64,000 nt of DNA from Octopus sinensis. Its lineage: Eukaryota. Shown piece after piece: positions 45,446-58,269 of the stretch (its first letter is position 1; each line of letters opens with the position of its first letter). The position numbers and the translations under genes are program-made. The notes under the pieces are model-generated. The model was given only the letters and a program-made list of their open reading frames with translations, was not told where the DNA came from and searched no databases. Location of the stretch: positions 51,398,001-51,462,000 of the forward strand of contig NC_043015.1 in the NCBI RefSeq assembly GCF_006345805.1. The letters are read 5' to 3'.

Positions 45446-47724
45446 ATGTATATATTTATGTGTGTGTGTGTGTCTATAATTGTCCCTCTATAATTGTTTG
45501 ACAACCGATGCTGGTGTGTTTCTATCTCTGTAACTTAACAGTTTGGCTAATTAAAACATTCCATCAAAATTTTAAATAAATTCTTCATTATTTTCAAAAT
45601 TAATTGTCTCAGGGGGCAGCATATTTCAACAGGAATATAGTAATAAAGGGGTTAAACAGTGGAAAAAAACCATTACACTGTTCAAACAGGGGAGGAAAAA
45701 AAAACCTGAAGCCCCAACTAATCCCAATTGCTCCAACAATATGCAAATACTTCATATTTCCAGAAACCTTTTAACCCATGTTGGCAAAGTTGATGGGGAG
45801 GAATGGATATACCCCCAACCCAGCCATGACCACCCTGCCATTCATATGCATTTGTACATGTAAAACATGCACGTATTTTATTGTTTGCATGTAACTCTAC
45901 CTGTTTCCTCTGCTGGTGCGTCTACGAATGCAATGTTACGCAATTATATTCATAAGAATTTCTTTATATGCATGCTTTAGTCTTGCACCAGAATCTAGTT
46001 CTTCGTTGTCTCTCTCCCTCACAGTCTGTCTGTCTGTCTGTCTGTTACTCTCATTGTTTGTTTATTTATTATATATATATATATTTTTTGTCTGCACAGT
46101 TCTTTGCTCTTCGTGTGTTCCTCGAATTGATGCCGCAATATGCAGTTGACAGGCAGAAGGAATGCATTATCAGAAGAGCTATCTCTTGCCTCCATTGATT
46201 CTCATTTTATGATATGTCAGGCCAGGGGAAAGCTGTTGTTTTGATGCAGTGAAATAAGAGCCACTTGTATTTAACCTGGATATCTCCTGCCCTCTCGTCT
46301 GCCGCCGTCACCCGTCTACTGTGGTTGTCATTTCTCTATGATTCTCCTCATTTTTTTGTCAGTATGTTTTAATGTCAGTATTCAGATCTTGCTGTGAGAG
46401 AGAGAGAGAGAGAGAGAGAAGAGGGGTGGATCAGAGAGAAAGAAGAAGTGAGAGAGGAAAAGAGAAGGAAAAGAGAAATTAGAGGAGAGACAGAGACAGA
46501 GAGTCCGAAACAGACATAATGATAGCGAAATCAAAAAAAATAATCAAAAACAAAAAAAAAAACAGGGAAAGAAGCATATGGTTTCCTTTTATATATTTAT
46601 TTTTTGTAATTTTTCATTTTTTTGTTTTGTTTTTTTGAAGAATGCTTCTTGCAATCATTCCTACATTAACCAATTCCAATATCTCTAGTCAAAGAAATTA
46701 GACATTCACACAGACATTGATTTCTTTTGACGTGGCATATCAGGACAAATTTTTGAAGTGGGTGACTGATTTAGTCCCACATGCATTACTGGTATGTTTT
46801 TTTTTACACTGCACCCCACCTCTAACTATGAAGCACCAGAATTACTGCTTGGATGAAAGGTGAAATAGAATTTAAATACAGAATCTTGAGAGAAGTAAAA
46901 TATTGCAAAGCAATTAATTAGGTTTCTCTCATTTCTGGCAGTTTTTTTTTTCCTCTATTTAATTCTACACAGTTATTGGTTGAGGTTTAACTATATCGGG
47001 ATCTCATTTCAAATGGAATTCACTGCCAAAGATTTTCAATTAATTTTTCCAAAATAATCAACAATTTGAAAGGATTCTGTTAAATAACTAATTTTTATCT
47101 CTTTTTTTTTCTCCTCCAACGTAAAACTGATGTTGCAAGATAAGTTAACAGGAAGATTCTTACATTAAATTATAATGTAAAAAAACTTGTATTTTTAAAT
47201 CTAAATACAATTACTTCAAAATATAAAGTGCAAAGTTTTGTATCATAAAACTAGAGGTAGTCTCTGGTGGTTTGGTATCAAATAATTTAATCCATTTGAG
47301 ACCAACCTGTTTGAAACTTGGTTCGACCTGTGTGAGATCGACCTTGGTTCAGTGATACAAACGTCCTGCTTAAAATAGAAGGGTAAAGAGTAAAGACCCC
47401 CATCAGTCGTGAATGACTATAGGATTGCACCACCTAGAAAGTTCCCCTCTGAGGCTGTGTATTGTGTTCTTGCGCAAGACACTTTATTTCACATTGCTCC
47501 ATTTCACTGGGCTGTAGAAGTGAGTTGCAGCATCATTGGGGCCAAGCTGTGTCAGCCTTTGCTTTTCCCTCAGATAACATTGATGGCATGGAGAAGGTAG
47601 GCTGGTATGCATGGGTTACTGCTGGACTTCAATAAACAACCTTGCCTGGACTTGTGCCTCAGAGATGGCCAAAGGGTGTCTTCATACATACATACATACA
47701 TACATACATACATGCATACATATA

Positions 47725-48091
47725 TAATTAAGAGAAGAAAATAGGGAGTTGTTGGTTAATATCAATTTATTAATAAATTGATAATAATTTCTTCCTACAG
47801 CAGTTTCCATTTGTACTCATTGAATTAATTACAAATTTATGCATTAAATTTGCATTATATAAATTATGATTTTTAGTCTGTTGGAATGAACAGATAGGTC
47901 AGTCTCTACATTTATAGTGTCTAACTTTTCCCTGATGATATTTTGCTCATAATTCCTATATACAAATTTAATGCATAAACCTATAATTTATTTAATGAGT
48001 ACAAATAGAAACAGGTGTAGGAAGAAATGATTATCAATTTATTAACAGATAAATATTAACCAACTAAACCTCATTTTCTTCTCTTAATTTA
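47725..48091. mobile_element. MITE with imperfect TIRs of about 130 bp
   Basis: About 47725-47853 vs reverse complement of about 47963-48091 (AATTAAGAGAAGAAAAT...TTTATGCATTAAATTTG). Confidence 0.8.
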
Positions 48092-48184
48092 ATACGGATC
48101 ATATACATAATATATACCTATTGATTTAGGGAAATTTTATTCCCCAAAGATGTAAGGTATAGAACCAGTGTTTTCTTGGATGTA

Positions 48185-48194
48185 ATCATCCTTT

Positions 48195-48228
<34 letters not shown>

Positions 48229-48372
48229 ACACGTGTGGTGTGTTGTGTTATATATTGTATGTATGTATTTTGTGTATATATATATGTTTATATAGATATG
48301 TATATATATATATGCATGTATATATGTATATATATGTATATATATATATGCATGTATATATGTATATATATG

Positions 48373-48403
<31 letters not shown>

Positions 48404-48560
48404 TGTATGTATGTATATATTATATATATATGTATGTATGTATATATGTATATATATGTATGTATGTATATATGTAATATATATGTATATATATATGTAA
48501 GTATGTATATATGTATATATATTGTTATGTATGTATATATGTATATATATATATGTATGT

Positions 48561-48593
<33 letters not shown>

Positions 48594-48630
48594 TATACAT
48601 ACCTATATACCTATATCTATATATATATGT

Positions 48631-48661
<31 letters not shown>

Positions 48662-48840
48662 ATATATATATACATACATACATATATATATATATATTAT
48701 ATATATATATGTATACATACATATATATATATATATATGTATACTACATACATAATATATATATATAGTATATATATGTATACATACATACATACATATA
48801 TATATATTATACTACATACATACATATTATATATGTATAC

Positions 48841-48872
<32 letters not shown>

Positions 48873-48878
48873 GTATAC

Positions 48879-48916
<38 letters not shown>

Positions 48917-48956
48917 TATACATACATACATACATATATATATATATATTGTATAC

Positions 48957-48995
<39 letters not shown>

Positions 48996-49301
48996 GTATG
49001 TATACCTAATACATACATATATATATAATATATATATGTTATACATACATAATATAGATATATATAATATATATATGTATACATACATACATATATATAG
49101 ATATATAGATATATATATATATATATATATGTATACATACATCATACATATAATATATATATATATATGTATACATACATATATATATATAATATATTAT
49201 ACATACATATATATATATATATATAATATATGGATACATACATATATATATATATATATATGTAATACCTACATACATACATATATATATATATATATTG
49301 T

Positions 49302-49332
<31 letters not shown>

Positions 49333-49682
49333 ATATGTATACATACTATATATCTATATATATATATATATATGTATACATACATATAATATATATATAG
49401 ATATATATATATGTATACATACATACATACATATATTATATATATATATATATGGTTATCATATACATACATATATATATATATATGTATACATACTACA
49501 TAATATATATATATATATAATATATATATGTATACATACATCTCATACATATTATATATATATATATGTATACATACATACATACATATATATATATATA
49601 TATGTATCATACATACATACATACATACATATATATATATATTATAATATATATGTATACATACATACATACATATATATAT
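48185..49682. repeat. 1.5-kb degenerate (TA)/(TACA)/(TATG) microsatellite array
   Basis: Direct reading. Confidence 0.97.
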
Positions 49683-49974
49683 CTGTTTATGTGTATGTGT
49701 ATTTGCCCTCCATTACTCCTTGACAACTGTTGTTGGTTTGTTTATTTCCCAGCTGCAACTTAGCGGTGAGACAAAAGAGACCAGGCTTTTTTTTTTTTTT
49801 TTAAAGTAAGTACTAGTTTGTCTGACTAAATACTTCAACGCAGTGCTCCAGACTGGCTGCAGTTCAATGACTAAACACAACCAAAAGATAAAAGAAACAT
49901 TAGTTTTTTTTTCCCTTTTTTTTGTTTCCTTTTTGTTGATGTAAAAGAATGTTTTTATCTCAACATTGAGATAG

Positions 49975-50412
49975 GTGAAGGCAGTGAGCTGGCAGAATCA
50001 TTAGCATGCTGGGCAAAATGCTTAGCGGTATTTCATCTGCTGCTACATTCTGAGTTCAAATTCTGCCGAGGTCAACTTTGCCTTTCATCCTTTTGGGGTT
50101 GATAAATTAAGTACCAGTTGCGTACTGGGGTCGATATAATTGAATTGCTCCTTCCCCCAAAATTTCAGGCCTTGTGCCTATACTATATTTTTTAAGGTGG
50201 CAAGCTGGCAGAAATATTAGCCCACCAGGCAAAATGCTTAACAGTATTTTGTGTGTCTTTATGGTTTGAGTTCAAATTCCATCAAGGTCGACTTTGCCTT
50301 TCATCCTTTTAGGGTTGATAAATTAAGTACCAGTTGCGTACTGGTTTCGATCTAATCGACTGGTCTCCCTTTCCCAAAATTTCAGGTCTTGTGTCTAGAG
50401 TAGAAAAGAATA
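49975..50412 (+). mobile_element. Two head-to-tail SINE family B (B1) copies
   Basis: Heads near 49978 and 50196; both carry the core motif. Confidence 0.85.
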
Positions 50413-50989
50413 TTGAGATAGGTGAAAAAAATGTAAGAAACTATACTTTTTTTCATTTTTAAATTTACAATAAAATTTAAATGCTCTCAAGCTGGGTGGG
50501 TGGCCATTTTTGAGATGGTCGTGTTTTCTATGTAGTCATCAACTTCCTTGTCAGGTATTTTCAAGGTAGAGAAGATAGAAAAAAAAGAAGAGAGGTAGAG
50601 AGAGAGATGTGAGAAAAAAAATTATTTAAAAAAAGGATAAAACTTGTTTGAAAAGTTTTCTGTTCCATTTTTGTAAGTTGTCATAAACTGATGTAATTTA
50701 AATATATAAAAGAAAAAAAACAGAAGAAAAAATATCCAACCAACCAAAGCAAAAAAATATCAAAAGTAATAATTAAATATTAAGTAAAAATAAATGAAAG
50801 TATTTCAAATCCTTCCTTTACTGATGATAATTCCGGATAAAAAATAGGAAAAAAAAATGCTTTTCTCTTGAATTCATATTTCTGCTTGTTTGGTGTCCAT
50901 TCAGCTGTCTATCTGCTCTTTTCTTCTATTTTCTTCTTACAACATAATCAAAACACAAAAAAAAAAGTAAATCTTACACACACTCTGTC

Positions 50990-52170
50990 TGTTTGTCTGC
51001 CTGCTTGCCTCTCTCTCTCTCTCTCTCCTCCTTCTCATTCTGTCACATAGCTAACTCTCTCCATCTCTCTCTCTCTCTCCCTCTCTCTCTCCCTCTCTCT
51101 CTCTCTCCCTCTCTCTCTCTCTCTTTCTTCTCATTCTGTCACATGCTAACTCTCTCCATCTCTCTCTCTCCCTCTCCCTCTCTCCTTCTCTTCTGTCCAT
51201 CAACTCTCTCCATCTCCTCTCTCTCCATCTCTCTCTCTCCCTCTTTCACACACACACACATGAACATACTATCTCTTCCCCTTTCTCTTTCTCTCTTTCT
51301 CTTTCTCTCATTCTATCTTGTCCATACTCTCTCCATTCCTCTCTTTCTTACTTAATCTCTCTCACACTATCTCCTTCCCCCTTTCTTTCTTTCCCTTACT
51401 CCCACTCACAGTCACTTCATTCCTCTCTTTCTCACTCACTCAGTCACTCACTCTCTCTCTCTCTGTCTGTCTGTCTGTCTGTCTCTCAAACACACATATA
51501 TACTCTTTTGTCCTTCTCATTTCTCTCACTCATTTCCTGTTTCTTTTTTTCACTCCTTATCTACAAGGCCAGCCATCACACACATTCTCTCTCTCTCTCT
51601 TCCTCTCTCTCTCGTGTCTTCCTCTCTCTCTCTCTCTCTCTCCTCTCTCACACACCACACACAATGACAGATATTCAAATCTATATTGACATCCATCAAC
51701 CCAATGCACCCACACATTCATCAGGCCATTTGATTTCAGGAAATCAAAAAAAAAAAAAACCTACAAAAATAAAAAAAATCTAAACCTCCAAATACATAGA
51801 CACAATGTACCACAGTGATGTTTCTTATTCTCTACATGATGCAGATACACACACACACACACACACACTTTCTCTCACTCAGCCAACCTCTCTCACTTAC
51901 ACACAGACTCTCTCTTCACCCCCACACATTGTCTCTGTCCCTGTCTGTCTGTCTGTCTCTCTCTCTCACACACACACATACACTTGTTCTTCCAACCTCT
52001 CTCACATACACAGACACTCTCTCTTCATTCTCATACATTGTCTCTCTCCTTGTCTGTCTCTCACACACACACACACACACTCTCTCTCTCTCTCTCTCTC
52101 TCTCTTCACCCCCACACATTGTTTCTGTCTCTGTCTGTCTGTCTCTCTCTCTCACACACACATATTCAAT
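50990..52170. repeat. CT/CA-rich low-complexity region with internal duplications
   Basis: Direct reading; CTCTTCACCCCACACATTGT...CTGTCTGTCT recurs near 51912 and 52102. Confidence 0.9.
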
Positions 52171-52415
52171 GTCCACTTTTCCTTGGTGGCAAGGGTCAGA
52201 CAAAATACATTGAAGGTCATTCTGCTGCCAGATGCCTTCCCTGTCACCAACCCTCATCTGTTTTCAAGCAAGGTCCTTATTTTCTATAACCAGACTCGTT
52301 TTCATAGAAGAATGAAAATGAATGACACTGCTTATGTGGCAGCAACTCGACTCTTGCACAATATCATATCAAAATAAGAAAACACACACACACACACACA
52401 CACACAGTGGCTACA

Positions 52416-52935
52416 GGTGCAGGAGTGGCTGAGTGGTAAGTAGCTTGCTTACCAACCACATAGTTCCAGGTTCAGCCCCACTGCATGGCACCTTGGGCAA
52501 GTGTCTTCTATAGCTTCGGTCCAACCAAAGCCTTGTGAGTGGATTTGGTAGACAGAAGCTAAAAGAAGCCCATGGTATATCATCATCATCATTGTCGTTT
52601 AACATCTGCTTTCCATGCTGCCATGGGTTGGATGGTTTGACTGAGGGCTGGCAAGCCAGAAGGCTGTGCAAGGCTTCAATCTATTCTGGCAAGGTTTCTG
52701 CAGCTGGATGCCCTTTGTAACACCAACCACTCCCAAGAGTGTAGTGGGTGCTTTTTACGTGCCACCAGCACGAGGTCCATATACGTATGTGTATGTGTTT
52801 GTGTTTGCCCCCCCTCCCCCTCCCAACATCACTTAACAACCGATGCTGGTGTGTTTACATCCCTATGTCTTAGCAGTTCGGAAAAAGAGAATGATAGAAT
52901 AAGTACTAAGCTTACAAAGAATAAGTCCTGAGTTC
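52416..52935 (+). mobile_element. SINE family A with an antisense RTE 3' end inserted at about 52578-52778
   Basis: Head ends AAGAAGCCCATGGTATAT, then CATCATC...CTGGATGCCC...GTGCCACCAGCACG, then the SINE resumes. Confidence 0.85.
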
Positions 52936-53099
52936 TTTATTTCTAGGTGAATTGTCCATGTTCCTATGAACTGGTCACCTCCAAGTACATATATATATAT
53001 ATATAATATATATATATAGGTATGTATATATAATAATTATATGTGTATAATAATAATATGTATATGTGTATATATATGTATATAATAAATAAAAAAAAA

Positions 53100-53280
53100 A
53101 GAATAAATATAAAAAAAAAACAACGTGAGGACATGGTACTTGTAAAGTATTAGCAGACACTCAGGAGAGGAAAAAAAGATGGTTTAAGATTTTGAGCAAA
53201 GCTCTTCTTTCAGAAACAGAGGAAAGTGCAATAGAAAAGGAAGACGGAGGAAAAAAATCTCCGCTTCACATGTGGTTACA
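53100..53280 (-). mobile_element. Family P1 element, decayed
   Basis: Minus strand GTTT CTGAAAGA AGAGC TTT GCTC AAAATCTT AAAC. Confidence 0.5.
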
Positions 53281-53391
53281 TTTTGAAATGTAACTACATA
53301 TATATATATATATTTAATGTAGGATAAAATTTTTCAAAAAAAATTTTTAGCAATGGCCAGCATATTAAAAAATACATTTAAAGGTTTAAAT

Positions 53392-53530
53392 TATAAACAA
53401 TTTATAAATAAGGGCAAATGAAAAAATTTCTAATGCCAAATATGCCAAATTGGACATATTGTCCATAACCAAATAATTTTTCACTATACGCACACTACTC
53501 AAATTTTTCATTTGCCCTTATTTATAAGTT

Positions 53531-53537
<7 letters not shown>
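53392..53537. mobile_element. Short MITE-like hairpin with TIRs of about 37 bp
   Basis: TATAAACAATTTATAAATAAGGGCAAATGAAAAAATTT vs inverse at right; ends in (TA)n. Confidence 0.7.
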
Positions 53538-53567
<30 letters not shown>

Positions 53568-53575
<8 letters not shown>

Positions 53576-53702
53576 TATTAAGGGAGCAGGGCGAAACAAC
53601 CTGTCTCCTTCAGAGTTATTCAGTAGTTTCCTAGTGCCTTGGCATTTATTTCAAGCATGTAGGAGACAGGTCATTTTGTCCTGCTCCTTTAATATAATTA
53701 TA
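53568..53702. mobile_element. Short MITE-like hairpin with TIRs of about 42 bp inside (TA)n
   Basis: TATAATTATATTAAGGGAGCAGGGCGAAACAACCTGTCTCCT vs inverse. Confidence 0.7.
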
Positions 53703-54034
53703 TATATATATGTATATATAATTATTAATTTGATATATAAATTACCTGTAAATTTTAATTTCATGCTGACTACCTGATATACTAATTAACGTGATTTTAT
53801 CTTTTACATCTATCAAAAATATATGTGTGAGGTGTGGGGCGGGGTTGGGGTGAAGGCTCACGGTCAACAGAAAATGGAACTTATCATGCGGATATTAGTT
53901 TTGATGTCTCCTGAAACCGGGCATTTGTGTCACTCAAGTAGCTTTGCAGCTTATAAATATACATACATACATATATACCATCATACATACACACTCTACA
54001 TTACGTATCGAGTTCTATTTCTCTTGTTTGTGTG

Positions 54035-54472
54035 TATATGTGTGTGTGTGTATATATACATGTAAATATATATTAAATGTAAATATGATATATATATATA
54101 TCATATATATGATATATTATATATATGTATGTATGTATATACATATACATATGTATGTATATATATGTATATATGTATATATATGTATGTATGTATACAT
54201 ATACATATGTATGTATATATATGTATATATATATATGTATATATATATATACATATACATATGTATGTATATATATGTATATATATATATGTATATATAT
54301 ATATACATATACATACATACATTATATATTATATAATGGATGTATATATATATATATGTATGTATATAAATATATATATGTATGTATATATATATGTATA
54401 TGTATGTATATATATATGTATATATATATATATACATACATATATATATATATACATACATATATATATATT
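54035..54472. repeat. TA/TATG microsatellite array
   Basis: Direct reading. Confidence 0.95.
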
Positions 54473-55750
54473 AAAGGAATGATTTTTCTATGTGCATTGT
54501 TTCATTGTTTAATAGTTATTGTGAAATTATGTAACCCATCCATTTCTTCTTGGTTTTTCTCTATCTTAGCGTTAGAATCTATTGTTTTCCCTCCTTAATT
54601 GCTGCTTTGCATTTCTTAAGAGAAAAAGAAAAAAAACCAAAAAAAAAATAACAACAAAACAAAAGCAAAAGCATATAATAATAAAATAAGCAGTTATATT
54701 GCTTATTACTTTCTCCCTTTGTATTCTGTAGGGCTTTATGGCATATTCTTTCAACTATTTCGATATTATACCTTAATTTATTCCTTGGTATCGTATTTCG
54801 CTTTCTACTTTACTATTATTATTAAGCAGGCATTTAAGACATCGCCCCCTCGCCAGCCATTCTCTCTCTCTCTCATATATTCCTAAATTGACCAGCTTTT
54901 GTCAGCCTTGTTATTGTTTTATGCCGGAGAAAATTCGGTAAAAATAAATAAACTTCCTAAGACTTCTAAAGCATTTTATCCTTCCGTTCAGTTTTGTTTT
55001 ATTTAAATAATTCCCCCACTATTGTTGTCGATGTTTTTGTTTGTTTGTTGTTGTTGTTTCTTTTCTTTCTTTTTCTTTTCCCTTTTTTTTTTTTTTGTCA
55101 TTGCTATTTTCTGATAGCAGTATCACTCTTTTGGGCTATAAATATATTATTTCCTTTTATAAACAAGAGAAAAATTTTTAAAGCTTGGCTTGTGTAAATC
55201 ATTCCTATTTTCTGAACAATGATTTAATAAAATTTGTTCTTTATGGTGTTTCATAAATTGTTTCATTGTGTGATGTGCTTGTTGGCGACGACTTAAAGTG
55301 TTGGATTGCGGAATGTAAGAAATACCTTCTTTTCCCAATAAAGCGATTACAATCACAATCACACTCTTTGAAAGAACAGAGGGAAAATATATTCTCTTGT
55401 TACATAATTAGTTTTTAAAAGTATTTTCTATAAATCTGATTGTTGTTTCGGTTGGATATTAAGGAAGATGCGGGGCTGGGGTTTATCTATCCATTCATAT
55501 TTACCGTTAGACACTCATTGTTTCCTTTTCTCTCTCTTTTTTTTTTTTTACTGTAGAAAGTAGAGTGTCTCAGAGTTGAATGCAAATTCTTCAATCAGGA
55601 TGTCTTTATCTTTTAAATCTTTTAATTTGCTTCTGTCGTTAGATTGTGGCCATGCTGGGGCACCCACCCTCAGTACTTATTTCTATCAGTCTCTTTTGCC
55701 AAACCTCTAAATTGTGGGGGATGTATACACATTGACACATGCACATCTAT

Positions 55751-55795
<45 letters not shown>

Positions 55796-56019
55796 TAAAC
55801 TCATAAACTCATAAGCCCTGTATGCAGAACCTAAAGATTGCTTGGAGACACTAGGCATGTTATTGAAAGCTGCCTAGAAAATATCTCCAATGTATGAAAC
55901 TATTAGTAGCTTGTAACTATATACTGTATACATTAAACCACACACACACACACACCATCATCATAAGTCTGTTGTCTATGCTGGCATGAGCTGGATTATA
56001 TATATATATATATATATAT

Positions 56020-56405
56020 AAAGTTAATCCAAACAAGAAAGCACAAAAAACACAACAACGCCAGGACGTGGAACAAATATAGTATTATTGGACGCTCAGG
56101 AAAGGAGGGTTTAACGTTTCGAGGAGAGCGCTTCATCGGAAACATAGAAGGGAAGACAGAGGAAAAAAATCGCCAACAGTATACACGCGGTCTATATATA
56201 TATAGCAATATAACTATACATGGCTCGTTGGCGATTTCTTTTCCTTCTTTGGACTTTTCCCTCTCTCCTTCCAATGAGGAGCTATGCTTGAAACATTAAA
56301 CTCTTTCCTTTCACCAAGTGTCAAGCTTATACACTTCTTGTGTATGTCCTCATGTTTGTTGTTTTACTTCTTATTTTCATTTTTTTTCTGTTTATTTGAA
56401 TTGGA
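56020..56405. mobile_element. Two P-family elements head-to-head (minus about 56020-56195, plus about 56220-56405), both with hammerhead remnants
   Basis: Minus: GTTT CCGATGA AGCGCTCTCCTC GAAAC GT T AAAC; plus: CCAATGA GGAGC TAT GCTT GAAAC AT T AAAC. Confidence 0.55.
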
Positions 56406-56410
56406 CTATA

Positions 56411-57293
56411 TTGCCAGGGAAAAGCACCACTGATGCTATATTTCTGATAAGACAGCTGCAGGAGAAATACCTAGCCAAAGATAAACTTCTGTACCTGGCT
56501 TTCATTGACATGGAGAAAGCCTTTGAGAGGGTCCCCCGATCCCTTATCTGGTGGTCAATGAGGAAACTAGGGATAGATGAATGATTAATGAGAGCTGTGC
56601 AAGCTATGTACAGGGATGCCATCAGTAAGGTGAGGGTTGGCATCAAGTACAGTGAAGAATTCCATGTAGAGGTAGGGATCCACCAAGGTTCAGTCCTCAG
56701 CCCCCTCCTGTTTATCATAGTCCTCCAGGCAATAACAGAAGAATTCAAGACAGGATGCCCCTGGGAGCTCCTCTATACTGATGACCTTGCTCTTATTACT
56801 GAGTCACTATCAGAACTAGAGAAGTTTCAGATGTGGAAGCAAGGATTAGAGTCGAAGGGACTTAAGAGTCAACCTAGCTAAAACCAAAGTCTTAATAAGT
56901 AGGAAGGCAGGTAAACCACAAATCCCTGCTTGTTCTGTTGAAAAGGCATAGGTAGAAACTATATAAGATGTATCCAGTGTAAGCTATGGACACATAAGAG
57001 GTGCAGCAATATCAAAAGAAGGCTAACTGGGAAGATAGTTTTTGTATGTGGCAGATGCTCAGGAGCAATAAACACTGGAAATGTGCAGAGAACAACTGTC
57101 ATATTCCAGGGAGAAAAATTAGTAGTAGTTGACAGCTTCCGTTACCTAGGTGACCAAGTCAGTAACAGGGGTGGATGCTCTGAAAGTGTAGCTGCTAGAA
57201 TAAGAATAGCCTGGGCAAAGCTCAGAGTAAAAGGTAGACTGTATGATACATGTGTACAAACAAGCCATGCTACATGGCAGTGAAACATGGGCT
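56411..57293 (+). mobile_element. Decayed reverse transcriptase fragment of an RTE-clade LINE
   Basis: PGKSTTDAIF...AFIDMEKAF.RVPR...GIHQGSVLSPLLFIIVL...LLYTDDLAL (YADD changed to YTDD); premature TGA at 56582-56584, frameshifts; ends GSETW. Confidence 0.95.
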
Positions 57294-57687
57294 TATTCAT
57301 TCACATTGTTTTGACTTAATCATGCATTGTCTTGTAGATTCTGGTGATGCAATTGTTCAGTTTTAAAATGGCATTGTAGAGTAAGTGTAAGTGGCTGGAT
57401 ATGGTCAGTTGGGCAGCGTATGGTTGGTTGAAATGCTAAAAGGTGAATGGCATGCCAGTTTTGGAGATTATCCTCAATGCCTTCTCAAATTGAATTAGTC
57501 CAAATTATCATTTAGTAATTAAGATATATTCTCTAGGGGTGGGAATAATTTTAATAAATCAAGAATTTATGTTGTATGATATTTGATAGACCTATATTTG
57601 TCTATATTTTGTATATTTTGTTTTCTTGCTTTTGTTCATGTTTGACCCCCAAGTCATTCCTGTGTAGGTTTTTTTGGCCAAACATTA

Positions 57688-58080
57688 TTCCACCAAATCT
57701 TTGTCACAATTTATATTCCTAATATTAGCTGAATGATAACTAAATTATTTTACTAAATTCTTTGTTATATTTAAAATTAATTGAAAGAAATACAGAGAAT
57801 ATCAACAGAAATACAGTAACAAAATGGTTAAAATATATAATAGAAAAAGAATTCTTAACCCTTTTGTTACCATCCTGGCTGAAACCAGCTCTGGCTCTGT
57901 AGTACAAATGTCTTGTTTTCATAAGTTCTGAATTAAAATCTCCTACCAAACCTTAGTCACAATCTATATTCCTAACACTAACTTAATGATAACTAAGTTA
58001 TTTTACTAAACTCTTTGTTATATTGAAAATTGATTAAAAGAAACACAGAACATCTCAAAATAAATACAGTAACGAAAGGG
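57688..58080. mobile_element. Second copy of the piggyBac-like MITE dimer (left monomer 5'-truncated)
   Basis: TTAA at 57828, 57855 and 58081; 23-bp spacer homologous to 40131-40153. Confidence 0.8.
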
Positions 58081-58269
58081 TTAAGTTGAATTGTGTGGGA
58101 GTGTACCCCATACACAGACACTTATTGTATTGTTTGTGTATTAAGGCTATTATTGGTCCATGATAAAAATTTTTATTCCTTAATGTGGTATTGAGCACTC
58201 ACTCTCACTGTTCGACATATATTTGTATATGTGTGTACAAATACGTGCGTGTGTGTGTGTATCTATATG

